Positions 63,997-64,000 of a DNA stretch of 64,000 nucleotides are shown one piece after another. The DNA is taken from the sequence record NC_048053.1; one strand, given 5' to 3'. The stretch's first letter is position 1, and every line of letters begins with the position of its first letter. The translations under genes and the position numbers were made by a program. The notes under the pieces are model-generated. The model was not told where the DNA came from. It ran no database searches and saw only the letters and a list, made by a program, of their open reading frames with translations.

Positions 63997-64000
63997 GGAT

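Noticed and set aside
1-64000. tRNA, rRNA, integrase/transposase, intron or intein
   Set aside because: No cloverleaf or T-loop signatures, recombinase motifs, interrupted genes or intein motifs were seen; the RecA insertion lacks the C/S...HN-C/S/T ends of an intein.

Overview
The window is a 64-kb segment of a large lytic dsDNA (jumbo) phage genome. About 100 tightly packed genes all lie on the + strand, GC is roughly 44% by eye, and no tRNA, rRNA, CRISPR array, integrase or virion head/tail module was seen. Recognisable genes: RecA/UvsX-like recombinase (5' end outside the window), two amino-type DNA methyltransferases, a GNAT-like protein, Tpt1/KptA RNA 2'-phosphotransferase, a YbiI/TraR-like DksA zinc finger, UvsE UV endonuclease, dUTPase, an SLT lytic transglycosylase, an HD phosphohydrolase, a two-subunit ParE/ParC-like type IIA topoisomerase, an HNH protein and a divergent sigma70-family factor. 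The YbiI and ParC similarities and the CCWGG avoidance point to an enterobacterial host. Gene content recalls the Dickeya/Erwinia 'hairy' jumbo myoviruses (recall only, not verified). Three patterns stand out. (1) A ten-copy promoter class has a conserved bipartite upstream box (ACTCYGCAAA-N4-TGTCCRAAA) exactly 38 nt before a -10 hexamer and only a weak -35; a Mu Mor-like small HTH protein is a candidate activator. (2) A second boundary motif, CTGTAAATA, occurs 7 times and may be read by the phage sigma factor. (3) A large family of proteins combines Rho-N/HeH-like helical modules with very long Asp/Glu tracts; twice an acidic protein sits next to a lysine-rich partner (one is histone-H1-like), beside an Sm/Hfq-like candidate and the topoisomerase, suggesting a phage-encoded chromatin or condensate system. 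All functional assignments come from motif recognition by eye; no searches were run.
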